Source: the human T2T-CHM13v2.0 reference genome, Homo sapiens. From it: DNA of 64,000 nucleotides. The notes under the pieces were generated by a model, which was not told where the DNA came from, did no database searches, and saw only the letters and a program-made list of their open reading frames with translations. Within the stretch, counting starts at the first letter, position 1, and every line of letters begins with the position of its first letter. A program made the translations under genes and the position numbers. Of this stretch, positions 29,659 to 43,522 are shown piece after piece. Where the stretch lies: the NCBI RefSeq assembly GCF_009914755.1, contig NC_060931.1. One strand, 5' to 3'.

Positions 29659-30841
29659 TCATTCTTTAGTTATTTTGCCCTCTATGGCAGGTACTGTGCT
29701 GGTTTCTGTGAATATAGTGGTGAATGATAAACAGTTGTTTTTTGCCCTTGAGGAGTTTAGCAGAAAGCAGGAAAATATGCAATGGATAGCAAACAAACCA
29801 ATTAAAAAGCAAATCCCCAGTAAGGCTGTGAGGGTACAGTTTTTAACCTCAGTTTCAGTCCGGGTTATTAATTGAAAGTGCAATAGGAGAAATGATGATA
29901 GAGTAGCTTTTAAGTAATGAGGGGAAGTTCTTTCAGGTGGTAGCAGATCCCTGAAGTCTTCTCTCCTTTCTAGAAATTCAGGCATCAGGGAAAAAGAAGA
30001 TTTTGGAAAGGAATTTTCTAGTGTATGTAATACAGGAGAACTACACATTTAAAAATTTCTGCATTTGCAGCCCCTAATAGCAATAGTTAGAGGAGTAGTA
30101 GTATTCCATAAGTGAATTATACCTTGGCTGAAGTTTGAGCTTCATTTAGCAAATCAGTTCTGATATAGACACAGGACTTATCTCGATAAAATCATCATGC
30201 TTCAGGATGGATGTACACCTATTTTGGGACACCAAAAGGAACTATAGGTGTGACCATAGCACTCTGTTTAGTCCTTCAGTGGCCTTTTCCACTGCTCTCA
30301 CATCCAACTCAGTAGCCCAGCAGAGTTCCCTGCCTAGTCCCTGCCTTCCCCTGCAGCCTCATCTTCTGCCAGCCCTTGTCCTCTGATGTACTTCCATTGC
30401 CCAGTAATAGGTGGTTACTCTTGGTTTCCAAGTGCTTCATGGGACCTTTTGTGTTTGCATCCCTGTACCTGCTATTCTTATTGCCTTGAATACAACGTTG
30501 CTTGGTTAACTTCTTGTTTTGTTTCCAGGCCCAGCTCAGATATCTTTTCTTAAGCAAAAACTTTAAGACAGTATTTCATAAACTCTGGATCAGGGTTAAT
30601 GTTACGAAATACACAAAAATTTTATTTTTATCAGGCTGTGGAAGTGATTCTGATTCTCTGCCAGGGTTGTGACGCTGCAGCTTTCCATGAAGTACTTCAC
30701 AAGTAGGTATGCTGTAGAAATAAGTGGATTCACACCAGTTTCCCGAATGAGACATACTATAGCCCTTTTTGGATGACTTGTTGCACATGTGGGCATATTA
30801 ACAGCTTTGAGAATTAGTGTAGCAAATACTTTAACTTTGAT

Positions 30842-30952
30842 GCAGTACTTCTCAAATTTATTTGACCGTGTAACACTTTGGTTTGAAGATATCTGTCAAT
30901 ATCTTGAGAAATGTCTGTTATTTCACGGAACATAGTTTGGGAAAATGTTGCC
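30842..30952. mobile_element. hAT-Charlie-type MER relic
   Basis: cagtacttctcaaa ... ggaacatagtttgggaaaatgttg terminal motifs. Confidence 0.45.
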
Positions 30953-31579
30953 TTAAAACATGGTTTTGGTTAAGAAGAGGCGGTATCTTAGGAAGGAAGG
31001 TCCTGAAAGTAATGGAAACACCAGGCAGGTTTTGTTCCTCTTTGAATGGATTCCATGACATCGTTTCAGTATTTCAATATTTACTTCATTTTCAGTGGAG
31101 AGTCATTAAAGCCATTGCTGTCCTGATTGCCACATAGTCCAAACACAAGAAATGCACATTTTGTATCGCAATCTCTTTCAATAATTTTTTATTTGAAAAT
31201 TTTCAAACACATGCAAATGTAGAGAGAAGAGGACAATGAATCTGCATATGCCTATTACCCAGATTCAACCCTTAGCAAGGTTTTGCCATATTCTTTATCA
31301 TCTAACTTTTTCTTGCTGAACTATTTTATTTTTATTTATTTATTTACTTATTGATTGATATATGATAGTTGCACATAATAGGTATAAATAATTTTGGGGT
31401 ACATGTGATGCTGAACTGTTTTAAAGCATAGCGAAGAAATCATGTCATTTCACTCTTATAGTCATCATTGTACATCTTTATAAAAGGGGACATTGCCTGG
31501 TATGACCTCAATAGTATTTTTGCACCTACCAAATTATAGCAATTCCTTGGCTAATACCCAGCCCGTATTCGAGTTAAAA

Positions 31580-32995
31580 AATTGAGATAGAAATAATATA
31601 CCATGAAATTTATTCTTTTAATGCACAATTGGGCTTTTAGTGTATTCACAAAGTTGTACAGCCATCACCACTAATTCCAGAACATTTTTATTATCCTAAA
31701 AGGTACCTGTACTCATTAGCAGTCACTCCCCATTTTTTTCTCCCTCCACTAACATAGTTTCTGCATTTGGATTTTGCCTCTTCTGGACACTATGTGGTTT
31801 TTCTTTACTGGCCTCTTTCATTTAGTTTAATGTTTTCAAAGTTCATCCATGTTGTAGCATGTATCCGTACTTTTTTTTTTTTTTGAGACGGAGTCTTGCT
31901 GTCACCCAGGCTGGAGTACAGTGGCGCGGTCTCTGCTCACTGCAAGCTCTGCCTCCTGGGTTCACACCATTCTCCTGCCTCAACCTCCTGAGTAGCTGGG
32001 ACTATAGGCGCCTGCCACCACGCCCGGCTAATTTTTTGTATTTTTATTGGAGACGGGGTTTCACCGTGTTAGCCATGATGGTCTCAATCTCCTGACTTTG
32101 TGATCCGCCCGCCTCTGCCTCCCAAAGTGCTGGGATTACAGGCGTGAGCCACCGTGCCCAGCCAGTACTTTCTTTTTATAGCTTTATATTCCGTGGTAGG
32201 GATAGATCACATTTTGTTTATCCATCCATTAGTTGACGGACATTTGGGTTGTTTCCACTTTTTGGCTATTATGAATAATATTGTTAGGAAATTCATATAC
32301 AAGTTTTCATGTTGATGTATGTTTTAATTTTTCTTAGTGGGTTTGCTAGGTCGTATAGTAACTATACGTATAACTTTTTGAGGAACTGCACAATCATTTT
32401 CCAAAGTGATTGCAACATGTTATATTTCTACCAGCAACTTACAAGGTTTCCAATTTCTCCATATCCTTACCAATACCTGTTGTCTGTTTGATTTTGGCCA
32501 TCTCAGTGGATGTGAAGTGACATGTCTTTGTGATTTTTATTTGTGTTTCCCTACTGACTAATGATGTTAAGCACTTTTTCATTGGGGTATTAGCTATTTG
32601 CATATCTTCTTTGGAGAAATGTCTGTTCAAATCCTAGCCTAGTTTTTAAGTAGGTTATTTGTCTTTTTACTACTGAGTTGTGAAAATTCTTTATAGATTC
32701 TGGTTGTTAGTCCCATATCAGATAAATGAGTTGCAAGTATTTCTCTTTGGGTTGTCTTTTCATTTTCTTAATGTTATACTTTGAAGTACAAAAGTGTTAA
32801 ATTTTGATTATGTCCAATTTGTCTATTTTTTCTTTTGTTTGTATTTTTCGTGTCTAATCTAAATTGTTGTCTAATCTGAGATCAGATAGATTTATCTCTT
32901 TATTTTCTTCTGAGAGTTTTGTTTTATAGTTTTAGGTCTTACATTTAGGTCTTTATTTGAGTTAATTTTTTTATATGGTGTAAGGAAGGACTCAC
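31580..32995 (-). mobile_element. L1MB-like 3' region hosting an AluY
   Basis: ORF 32439-32630 (MNRHFSKED...) and L1M 3'UTR motifs (gacatttgggttgtttccac). Confidence 0.8.
31871..32163 (-). mobile_element. AluY
   Basis: Diagnostic gcaagctc, ttcacaccattctcc and cgtgttagcc; short TSD GTACTTT. Confidence 0.93.
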
Positions 32996-32998
32996 ATT

Positions 32999-33307
32999 CT
33001 TTTTTTTTTTTTTTTTTTCAACTGGGGCCTTGTTCTGTTGCCCAGACTGGAGTGCAATGGTGTGATCATGGCTTACTGCAGCCTTGGTCTTCTGGGCCCA
33101 AGCAATCTTCATGCCTCAGCCTCCTGAGTAGCTAGGACCACAGATGCGTGCCACCGTGCCTGGCTATTTTTTTTTTGTTTATTTATTTTTTTTTACAATT
33201 TTTATTAGAGACGGGGTCTCACTGTGTTGCTCACACTGGACTCAAATGATCCCTGCTGCTTGGCCTCCCATGCCTAGGATTACAGGCATGAGCCAGTGTG
33301 CCTGGCC
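32999..33307 (-). mobile_element. AluJ
   Basis: Diverged dimer, gatcatggcttactgcagcc. Confidence 0.9.
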
Positions 33308-33557
33308 TCACACACTTAAAAGTAGAATTTTAGCTTCAGTTTTCAGGGTGATCTAGAAATATTGCTGTTTTCTCTTTGCCTGCATCCACTTGTGTGCCTC
33401 ATCTGCCATCCCATCTCCTCCTCCTCCATTCTTAACTAACCATGACATAATTTATTAGAATCTGTTTGCGTAGTAGGTAGTAGTGCAATCAGAGTCTATG
33501 AAAGGACAAAGTCTCTATTACCAACATAATTACATTCAATTAAGCAAACAACCAAGT

Positions 33558-34030
33558 TGTAATGGATATCTGCTGTTTCTGCCTTCTGTGCCCCCTCTAT
33601 TTTTCTGGACGTGGGACTTGGTTTGCTCTTTGTGAAACTCCCTACCCACAGTTTAGTCTACAGACTGACCTTGCTCAAGGAGTGGGCAAATTGCAGTGAT
33701 TTGGCCAATGAGGATTGTGTCTCTGGAGCTACAGTGGTTGTTTCAGAGATGTACACAGACCCAAAAAGGGTCATGAGAGAGATACCTATAATTAGTGAGA
33801 AAGAAAACTGCTGTAGCCTGGAATATTGCTGCCTTACCACCAGAAAGTGGTGTCTATTTATAAAACCAATGAAGAAACGTGAGCCAAGAGATGGAGAGAG
33901 ACAGATTCTTAACTATCAATTAAACAGCTGGATCTAGCTGTGCCTGAAGCTTAGACTATTTCTGGACCTTTTAGATACATGAGCCTGTACATTCCTTTTT
34001 AGGTTTGCAGCTGAAATAGTTGTGACTGTT
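33558..34030 (+). mobile_element. MLT1J/K-like MaLR LTR
   Basis: gagccaagagatggagagag...ctggatctagctgtgcctgaagc...ctggacctttt...catgagcc. Confidence 0.6.
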
Positions 34031-34727
34031 ATACAGATCTAGTGGTTGGAACTGAGAACACAAGATATAAGAAGATATTTTCTGCTTTTGTGGACTTGAC
34101 AACCTAAAAGTGAGACAGACAGACATGAGTAAATGAATAAATGACAAATGCAAGAATTGATATAGAATAGATTGACAGCACAGAGGCAGGAGTGGGTAAC
34201 TATTGAGGAGGGTTTAAGGAACTGGAAAAAGTCCTCAAAAAATATAAATTCTGATTTGGGGTTGGAAGATAAATTTGCATTTACTTGGTTTTTCTGTAAA
34301 CAACAAAACTGATTTTTCCACAGTAGCCTGTGGGAGTTATTTTCACTATTTTATAGTAGTTGGATGTGTTGTTACACTCTACCATTGGTATGACTATACC
34401 ATGGCACTTTTCTACTAGTTATGCAGAGGCTGTAGGAAGGAGGTATAGCAGGTTATATAATTTGGGAAGTGGCATTAAGTTTTTTTAGAACCTTATTTTA
34501 TTCAGTGTATTTTCGAATGAGTTTCCAGTATGGTATTTTGCTTTAAGTTGACTTAACTCTGTAGACTTGGGATCATTTAGTTCAACTAATTTATTTCATG
34601 GAGAAGGTATTGTAGCCTAGATAGGCTAAAGAATATGCCCAAAGTCACATAGGACTGAAACTATAATCTTGATTTCTTTATCCTTAGTGGAGTCTTTCTA
34701 CAATTTCATACCTTCTGTTTGAGGCTT

Positions 34728-35236
34728 TGTGTTAGACTATTCTTGCATTGCTATAAAGGAATACATGAGACTGAGTCATTTATAAAGAAAAGAGGTTTAA
34801 TTGGCTCACGATTTTGCAGGCTGTATGAGCATGATGCCAGCATCTCCTTGGCTTCTGGGGAGGCCTCAGGGAACTTTTATTCATGGCAGAAGGCAAAGTG
34901 GGAGCAGGAGCAGACACATCACTTGGCAAGAGCAGGAGCAAGAGAGAGTGATGGGAGGTGTTGCACCCTTAAACAACCAGATCCTGTGAGAACTCACTGT
35001 CATGAGGACAGCACCAAAACATAAGGAATCCACCCCGCGACCCAAAGACCTCCTCCCACAGGCCCAGCCCCCAACACTGAGTCTTACATTTCAACATGAA
35101 ATTCGGGTGGGACAGATATCCAAATCATATCATTCTACCCTTGCCCTCCCCAAATCTCATATCCTTCTCACATCTCAAAATACAGTCATCCCTTCTTAAT
35201 AGTCCCCCAAAGTCTTAACTCATTCCAGCATTAACT
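34728..35236 (-). mobile_element. MSTA-like LTR (34728-35132) plus ~100 bp of adjoining internal sequence
   Basis: tgtgttagactattcttgcattgctataaaggaatac...atatccaaatcatatca, then ccccaaatctcatatccttctcacat...aaagtcttaactcattccagcattaact. Confidence 0.85.
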
Positions 35237-36429
35237 TTCTTAAGAACAAAAGCTGGTGGGCTTTACAGTAAAATTGCTGAGGAAAAAAAATAAAGAATAG
35301 GGGAGGTTTTTATGTGGATGAGCTCTCTGTTTAGCAAGTTGCCAGCTGGATGTCTTCATCATTGTAAGTTTGGTGCCCCGGCTCTCCTGGAATGGCTAGT
35401 TAGATGGCTCCCGTTTCCCACCCAGATGGTGCTCTCTGTGTCTGTTCAGTCAGGTAGGAAGTTGTGATGATCGTGCAGATTGTCAGCACACCTATTTCCA
35501 GCGTTCAGGATTTCCACCATACTGAATTTGAGATCAAGTAATCCTTAGAAGCCATGGATTCTTCCTCTCAGGAGATGACTTTTTTTTTTTTCTTTTTTCG
35601 GGTCTTCATTACTGAGCCACCATCTCCCTTCTGCAACCTTGATAAGAAGGTTATTTAGGTTCACTGTAGCTTGAATAAGGTTATCAGAAGCAATTCAGAA
35701 AATGTTAAGATGTAAACAAATGAAAGAAAAAAACAAAACTAAAGAAAGAATTTTTTTTCCCTAAGGCAAACCAATGTTAGGTCCTTTGCAGTGGCACTCA
35801 AAATCTTTATATAGGACAGCACAGAAGGGAAATCTGTGTGGCAGTCGAGATGGCTTGTCTTGACGTTTCATTTTGATAGCAAGCTCGTATATTTTTATCT
35901 TGTATGTTACTTGGGGTGGCTCAATAGGGGGCATTTGATGGCATTGTGGGAGAAAGGGTAATGCCCTCCACTTTAGCTTATATATCACCACTAGGCATTT
36001 CTTCATCTCTCTCCTGATGCTCAATGGAATTGTTTCTAATGAATTTTATGACTGTTGTGGTTATGAAACTTGCATAACAAACAAGCAGTTCCTTCAGCAT
36101 ATGTAAAAACAGAAACTAAATCAATATGGTATAAGCTCACTAAAAGTTTGCTGTTTAAAACTGAGGATGCCTTAAAAAAGACAACCGTGTTTAAGCCCAG
36201 TTGCAAATTATTCTGCTCCATTTGGAGTCTAGGAACCATTTGCCAGAACTTCAGGAATTGAGTTTCTGGCCAGTTATCTTCACAGTAGTGAATGTAATTT
36301 ATTTGGGGGATGAATGAAGCAGGAAGAATAACTTTTGGAGTTGCCTGGAGTTAATGTGGAAAGGTGACTGGACAGAGGTGAAATCTGAGTAAAGCTAAGA
36401 GAGGAGAATATAGAATATGAAGATACTGT

Positions 36430-36791
36430 ATTCTTTTTCTTGGGTAATACCTTTATTGATATATAATTCATATGCCGTCTAATTCACCCATTTTAAGTAT
36501 ACAATTCAGTAGTTTTTAGTATATTCACAGGGTTGTAAAACCATTACCACGGTTTTAGAACATTTTCATCATTTCAGAAATAATCCTTGTGTCCTATAGC
36601 TATCACCCACTTACGTGCCCTCCTTGCCTTCCAGCTGTGAGCAACTACTAATAGCTTTTCTGTGTGGACCTTTTTAAAAAAACACATGGAGTCATACAAT
36701 TACAATATGTGATTTTCATCTCTGGCTTCTTTTACTTAGCATAATATTTACAAAGTTTATTCATGGCCTATGCATCAGTGCTTCTTCTTCT

Positions 36792-36824
<33 letters not shown>

Positions 36825-37205
36825 AATTTGGTCTCACTTTCTTGCCCAGGCTGGAGTGCCATGGTGTGATCATAGCTCACTGCAGCCTCAAACTCCCGGG
36901 CTCAAGTGATCTTCCTTCCTCACCGTCCTGAGTAGCTTGGACTACAGGTGTACACCACAACATCTGGCTAATTTTTTATTTTTATTTTTGTAGAGATGGG
37001 GTCTCACTATGTTCACCAGGTTGGCCTTGAACTCCTGGGTCATCCACCCACCTCAGCCTCCTAAAGTGCTGGGATTACAGGCCTGAGCCACCTCGCCTGG
37101 GTCATATTTTTTAAATACATTTATCTAGTTGATGGGCATTTGGGTTGTTTTTACCTTTCGGCTATTATGACTAATGTAGCTATAAACATTTGTGTATATG
37201 TTTTA
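36430..37205 (-). mobile_element. L1MB-like 3' end interrupted by AluJ
   Basis: aattcacccattttaagtatacaattcagtagtttttagtatattcacag. Confidence 0.8.
36793..37101 (-). mobile_element. AluJ
   Basis: Poly-T tail, gatcatagctcactgcagcctcaaactcc. Confidence 0.92.
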
Positions 37206-37714
37206 CTATTACAGAGGAATAGGTCAGTGGGGAAATTATTCTAAGATACTGGACACATTTTAGGTTGCCATAATTTAAATGCTGGTTGATTTTTTTTTTC
37301 TTTTAACATAGAACAGTAAATTTACTAGTAAGGAGTGGAGAAAAAATGATTTCACTTCAGTTTGTGGAGCTGGAAATTTTCAACTGGTTCCATTCTAAGG
37401 AATTATTAAATTAGTTTCCTCATACACAGTTCTCACATTCTTAATAGCTTTCCATGCCTAAGGGATAGGACTTCTCCCATCAAGCTGTAGGGCTCTATGG
37501 CAGTGTTTCTTAAGGGTCAGGGAGGAGCAGTAGTAGAGGAAACAAACATATGGATATACTTCAGTGTGTTAGGTGCCGTTATAAGGGTACCAAAGATTGG
37601 GGAAAGAAGAGGGAGTGATGCTTTCATCCTGGAAGGGTCAGGAAAGGCATCACTTCACAGATGTGGCCACATTCAAAACTGAATGGGAACCTGCATTCCC
37701 TCCCTCCCTCCCTC

Positions 37715-37828
37715 CCTCTGTTGCCCAGGCTGGAGTGCTGTGGCACAATCACAGCCCACCCGGTGGCACAGTCACGGCTCACTGCAGCCTCAACCCCTTG
37801 GGCTCAAGCAGTCCTCCCACCTCAGCTT
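37715..37828 (-). mobile_element. Alu right-arm fragment with an internal ~20-bp duplication
   Basis: ctctgttgcccaggctggagtg...gtggcacaatcacagcccac / gtggcacagtcacggctcac. Confidence 0.8.
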
Positions 37829-40314
37829 AAAATTGGTTAAGTCTATTAAGCAATTTAAAATTGGTTAAGTCTATTGCTCAGAGACACAATAGATGGTGCT
37901 TGTTAACAGTATTTTTTCTAGGAGTCTTTTGACTTCAGTATGATAAATATTCCAACACACATCATTACCCTAAGAAAAGTTTATAAGTGAATAATCACAA
38001 ACCTATGGTTTTGTAAATCACAAAAGTATAATTTCATGCCTTATTTGTTGTGCAACATATCCTTACTTTGCTTTCATAGTTACTGCTGATTGTACCATTA
38101 AGATAATGGAGTACTGCAACTGATGCATTTTTAAGTATTCTCACCTCCACTGACTTGTATCAAGGTTAAAACTTATTTTTCGTAGATATCAAGGACCTAA
38201 TAAGCTGAGTTAACAACTTGTTTATCACTCCATATGTACACACCACTTACAGCTTTTGTGGAGTGTTCAGTTGTGCTGATTGCATTGGGATGAATGTATT
38301 ATTATGGAAACACTATTTGACGTTTGGGAGCTTAACTAAGTTGTCTTGGAGACTCTAGTTCTATAGTGAGATAGTCTATTGTTCATAATGAAGGGGACAT
38401 CAAATTGCACAGAAATTCTGAATGAGTCTTAATGAGAGGGCTACTTTTAAGGATAAAACACTATTTTTAAGAATATGATTATCTATAGCGAGAAAAAAAA
38501 TGCAGCCTTTGAAGCACAGCCATGTATTAATTACTGGGATAGGAGTCAACTAGAGTAGGATCATTAAGGAGAATCTGTATTGTTGAACCTCTAGCTGGTG
38601 GAGGTGGCTGGGGGCCAGTTGCTGGGATTGTCAGAGTTTAGATGAGAAGTTTCAGCTTCAGTAAATCTTATCAGTCTTGAGAGAGGATAGCCATAGCTAA
38701 AGACAATCAGTTAGGGAAGGTGGGAACACAAATTCCCCTAGAAGAGTATTAAAAGATGAATTTCTGCAGATGTAGATATGTTCATTGTGAGAAGAGAAAT
38801 GAGCTATAGACGAACCTCAGTGCTTAATTTGCTTCCATGATTATATTTGGAAATGGGAATGTAGAAACAAAACAAACTTAGATTTTTAGATTTAGAGGTT
38901 TAGGGAGGATTCCCTTTTCAGAGGGCTAAAAAATACCATAAAATGCATAATTATGGTTGATGTAAGCATCTTTTTCCAAAACAGTTTGGTCTAGGCAGTT
39001 TAAAAAATGGTAACTGGAAACCACAGTTACACCCTTGCCTCCCCCTGCAAACTGGCCACTCCAGACCTCCTGGGACAGGCCAGGACACCACCTCAGCACA
39101 CCCAGTCTGGCTCAGCCTCCAAACAGGCACTTTTCTCACCTCTCCTTCCCTGCCTGGACAGGAGCACCACACCCCAAACTGAAGGTGGAGCTCAGCTCTG
39201 TCCATCTGGAATATTTTGACATATGGTGTAGAATAAGATCTAAATAGTTTTTATTTCCCCAAATCGTCAATTTCAGTAGCCCCATTTATTAAGAATAGTT
39301 TTTTTCTTATTATGTGGTAGTTGGCTATAGTTAAGACAGAGGGCCAGTTTGTATGGCTCAACAACCTGGATCTCATTAGTGCTGAGATGGCTTAGGGTTG
39401 GGAATGGTTTTGAGGATAAGAGAGCCTGGAATTTTGCCCACTCAACCTTTCTTTTCCATACATTTAACCTTTCCTATATAGTAGGGATTTTTTTTTCTTC
39501 CTCCAGGCATTATTTTTCATTTATCTGCATGTCTATTTTTGTGCCACAGCTGCTGTTTTATTTGTTGTAGCAATATTATAACACTTTCTTATAACTGGTA
39601 TAGTCTGGCCTTTATTTTGCTTTCAAACTTCTTAAAAGTATTTTCATTTGTTTGAATGCTTTGCTTTTAAGGTCTGAATATAGGATTTTTTTTTTCCTAA
39701 ATGAATGCTGTCATAGATCATGTAGAGCTTTTTTTCTTGAAATATAAATTTGGTAATTGCAAAGTATCATCAACAGTTAACTTTGGCTATTTTAAAGTTG
39801 ATAGGACGGAATGTGCTCTATAACTTTTAAATAACCAGCCAACTCTATAAGACTTTATAAAACTTTAAAACACCACTTTCTTGAATCTCCTTTAGAAATA
39901 GAAACAATTTAATACATCTATGTATTAATAATTTGTTCTCTTTTCTGTATATATGCAAACAGATATACAAATGGGCTGCTTTCTAAATCAGTTAAGTATT
40001 GGCCTCCTTTCCATGATCTTAGAGTAATATGATTCAAGGATAGCAGAAACATGCAAAACTGAGAGAAAACCTTTCATGGCAACTAAAATCTTGCTTCTGC
40101 TTATTGATTTGTTTATATTTTGCTTACTTTTACAAGTTATTTCAGATTGCTTATAAAAGTCCATTTTAATAAGACCTAAAACAGTCAAGGCAGGAAAGAA
40201 GAAAACTATTATAGAAGAGGAGGGGATGGCAAAGAGCCTTCAAGGTGGAGTTAGCAAACTACAGTTCATCAAGAAGGCAGTCGGGAGACCATCCTAAGAA
40301 TAGTCATTATGTAG

Positions 40315-41107
<793 letters not shown>

Positions 41108-43215
41108 CAGTCCCAGATGTTTCAAGGCTCTTCAGAGAAGAAAGAGCAGGGCAACAGCTAAAGCCAAAGAAACTAGCCTTGCTGTACTTTCTACATGTTT
41201 ATTCAGTTGTATATCAAGTTTTTTTTTTTTTTATGTGTTTGGAGTTTCTGATAGCTTGAAGAATGAAGGGAAGTAATGATGTATGCAAGTTTACCATGTC
41301 TGTTATATTTAACTTTGACATAGACCATTTTGAAATCTTAGCAGATATTTTAGGATGTTCTTCAAAATTTGATACATCACTGTTTATTTTGGAAGCAAAT
41401 AACAAAAGACTTCCCTGGATCGACTTGTCATTACAAGTGCTTAGACAAATACCCACTAACAGAGTATTATACTATATAGACTGGTAAGTTCCATGGTTCG
41501 TAGTCTTGTTTAAGCAATCAGAGTGATAAATCCTGAAATACAATTTTCTGACATTCACCTACCTACCAATTCCCTCCTAAATTTATTGGTTCCTGTAAAA
41601 CTTACTGTGAAACTTGAGCTACTTGTAATAGTTTCATACTAATTTTCACTTTTTCCAAACAAAGGTGCCTTAAAGTTATGCTGCCAAAGTCTTGTAGTAA
41701 TTTTCTCACTTTCTTATTGTGTTGCAGGCTGTTAATCGGCTTATTTTAAGAAAATAGAGAGATGTTTGTAAAATCTTGGTTTCAGTTGTGTTCTTAAAAT
41801 CTAACCTGATAGTGATTTTACTGAGGCCTCTTTTGTGTATTCACTAAAGGAAGAAAACACCAAATCACTTTGCCTTTTGGAGGTGATGGAGAAGAATACA
41901 TAATATGTTTTCCTGGAAGCTGTTTTTTTTTTCCCCTTGTGAATAGGAGGAGGAAAGCCTACCAGCTGTGCCGATGCATTTATAATTAAGCCTCTCTTCT
42001 CTGAAGTTGATGTTTTGGTGTCTAAAATGACTTGATTTTTTCCATTTTAGTGACATTTACGAATCTTATCCCTTTGTTTAATGGAAAGGGGAAATGGGAG
42101 CAAGTGTTACAATTGTCAGGTCTCTGTGATTGATGCCTTAGTGCCCTGCTCTAGGGCATGTCGTTTCTTTAGGCTGTCAGGAATGGGTTAGGATGATGCC
42201 CAGTGGTGCCAGCTGTGTGGCTGACAGGAGCTGGGCCACTGAGTTGCCTCTTCGGCAGAGTCAACATTTGGGCCAGAGAGACTGCGACTCAGCGATGAGT
42301 GTAAACATTTGTTTAGTTTGAATGATTAGGAGCAGAACTGGTCTTGGTTATTAGCTGATTGTAAGAATCAAGTGGAGCAAAGCCACAGCCTTTGTTGAGG
42401 AACAGTACTGTAAGAGGCATATAACATAGGGGCTTTAAGGGAAGCCTGCTTATGCTCAGAATTTCAAATGAAGCCACAGCGTTGGAGGATGGGCGGTTGG
42501 TGGGTTCTCCAAGACTAAGCAGAGGGAACAGCAGAGGAGGAGAGAGTGGAAGTGCTTTATCTGGCCCCCTTGGCTGATGCTCGGGGTGAAGGCAAAGTGT
42601 TTGGTCGCTGAGACCTTTCCCAGTCACATCAGCTGGCACATGAGAGAATAAACCTGACCCAAAGCTTTAGAGGAGAAGAAACAGGAAAAAATTACCACCT
42701 GTATTATGATTTGTTTGTGTTCGTCTCTTCCACTAGACTGTGGATGTCCTGAGGGTGATGTCTGTGCTTATTCATTTTATATCATCAGTGTTTATTGAAA
42801 TGAACTGAAAGGTGTGATGAATTCCTCCTTTAAATGTGCCATTTTTTAGCCTCTTCAGGTTAAGGGTAACTTGTTATTCCGGTATGTTGTGAGAAGCCTC
42901 GGTGCATAACCTTTTCATTTTTTTTTTAAAATAGAGGATTTAATGAAGAAGGATTGCACAAGAGCAGAGTGTAGGGTAATCACCATATAAACTCAGAAAT
43001 CATAATTGGTTCATTGTTCATTCATTCATTCATCAGCACTAGCTATTATTTGCTAGGTCCTGGGGATGCAAATCATGACATAAAAAGTTCCTTAAGAAGG
43101 TGATCACATACTTCTGTATTTGAGATAAGAAGAACAAGAGAATAATTATCCACCTTAAATCAGTAGCCTACAAAGGAATCGTATCAGGAAGAGTTGCAAA
43201 GAGAGTTGGAAACAA

Positions 43216-43522
43216 TTTTGTTTTGTTTTATTTTCATTTTGAGACAGGGTCTCACTCTGTTGCCTAGGCTGGAGTGTAGTAGCGCAAACAAGTCTCACTT
43301 CAGCCTCAGTCTCCCAGGCTCAAGCAATCCTCCCACCTCAGCCCCCCAAGTAGCTGGGACTACAGGCACATGCCACCATGCCCGGCTAATTTTTAAACAC
43401 TTTTTGTAGAGATGAGGTCTTGGTATGTTGCCCACGCTGGTATCAAATTCCTGGGCTCAAGTAATCCTCCTGCATCTGCCTCTCAAATGCTAGGATTACA
43501 GATGTTAGCTACTCTACCCAGC
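43216..43522 (-). mobile_element. AluJ
   Basis: tgagacagggtctcactctgttgcctaggctggagtg...ctcaagcaatcctcccacctcagcc. Confidence 0.9.

Noticed and set aside
41263-41490. 74-aa ORF ending at a good donor-like CTG|GTAAGT
   Set aside because: No convincing acceptor and no recognisable protein similarity; cannot be supported as an exon without alignment.
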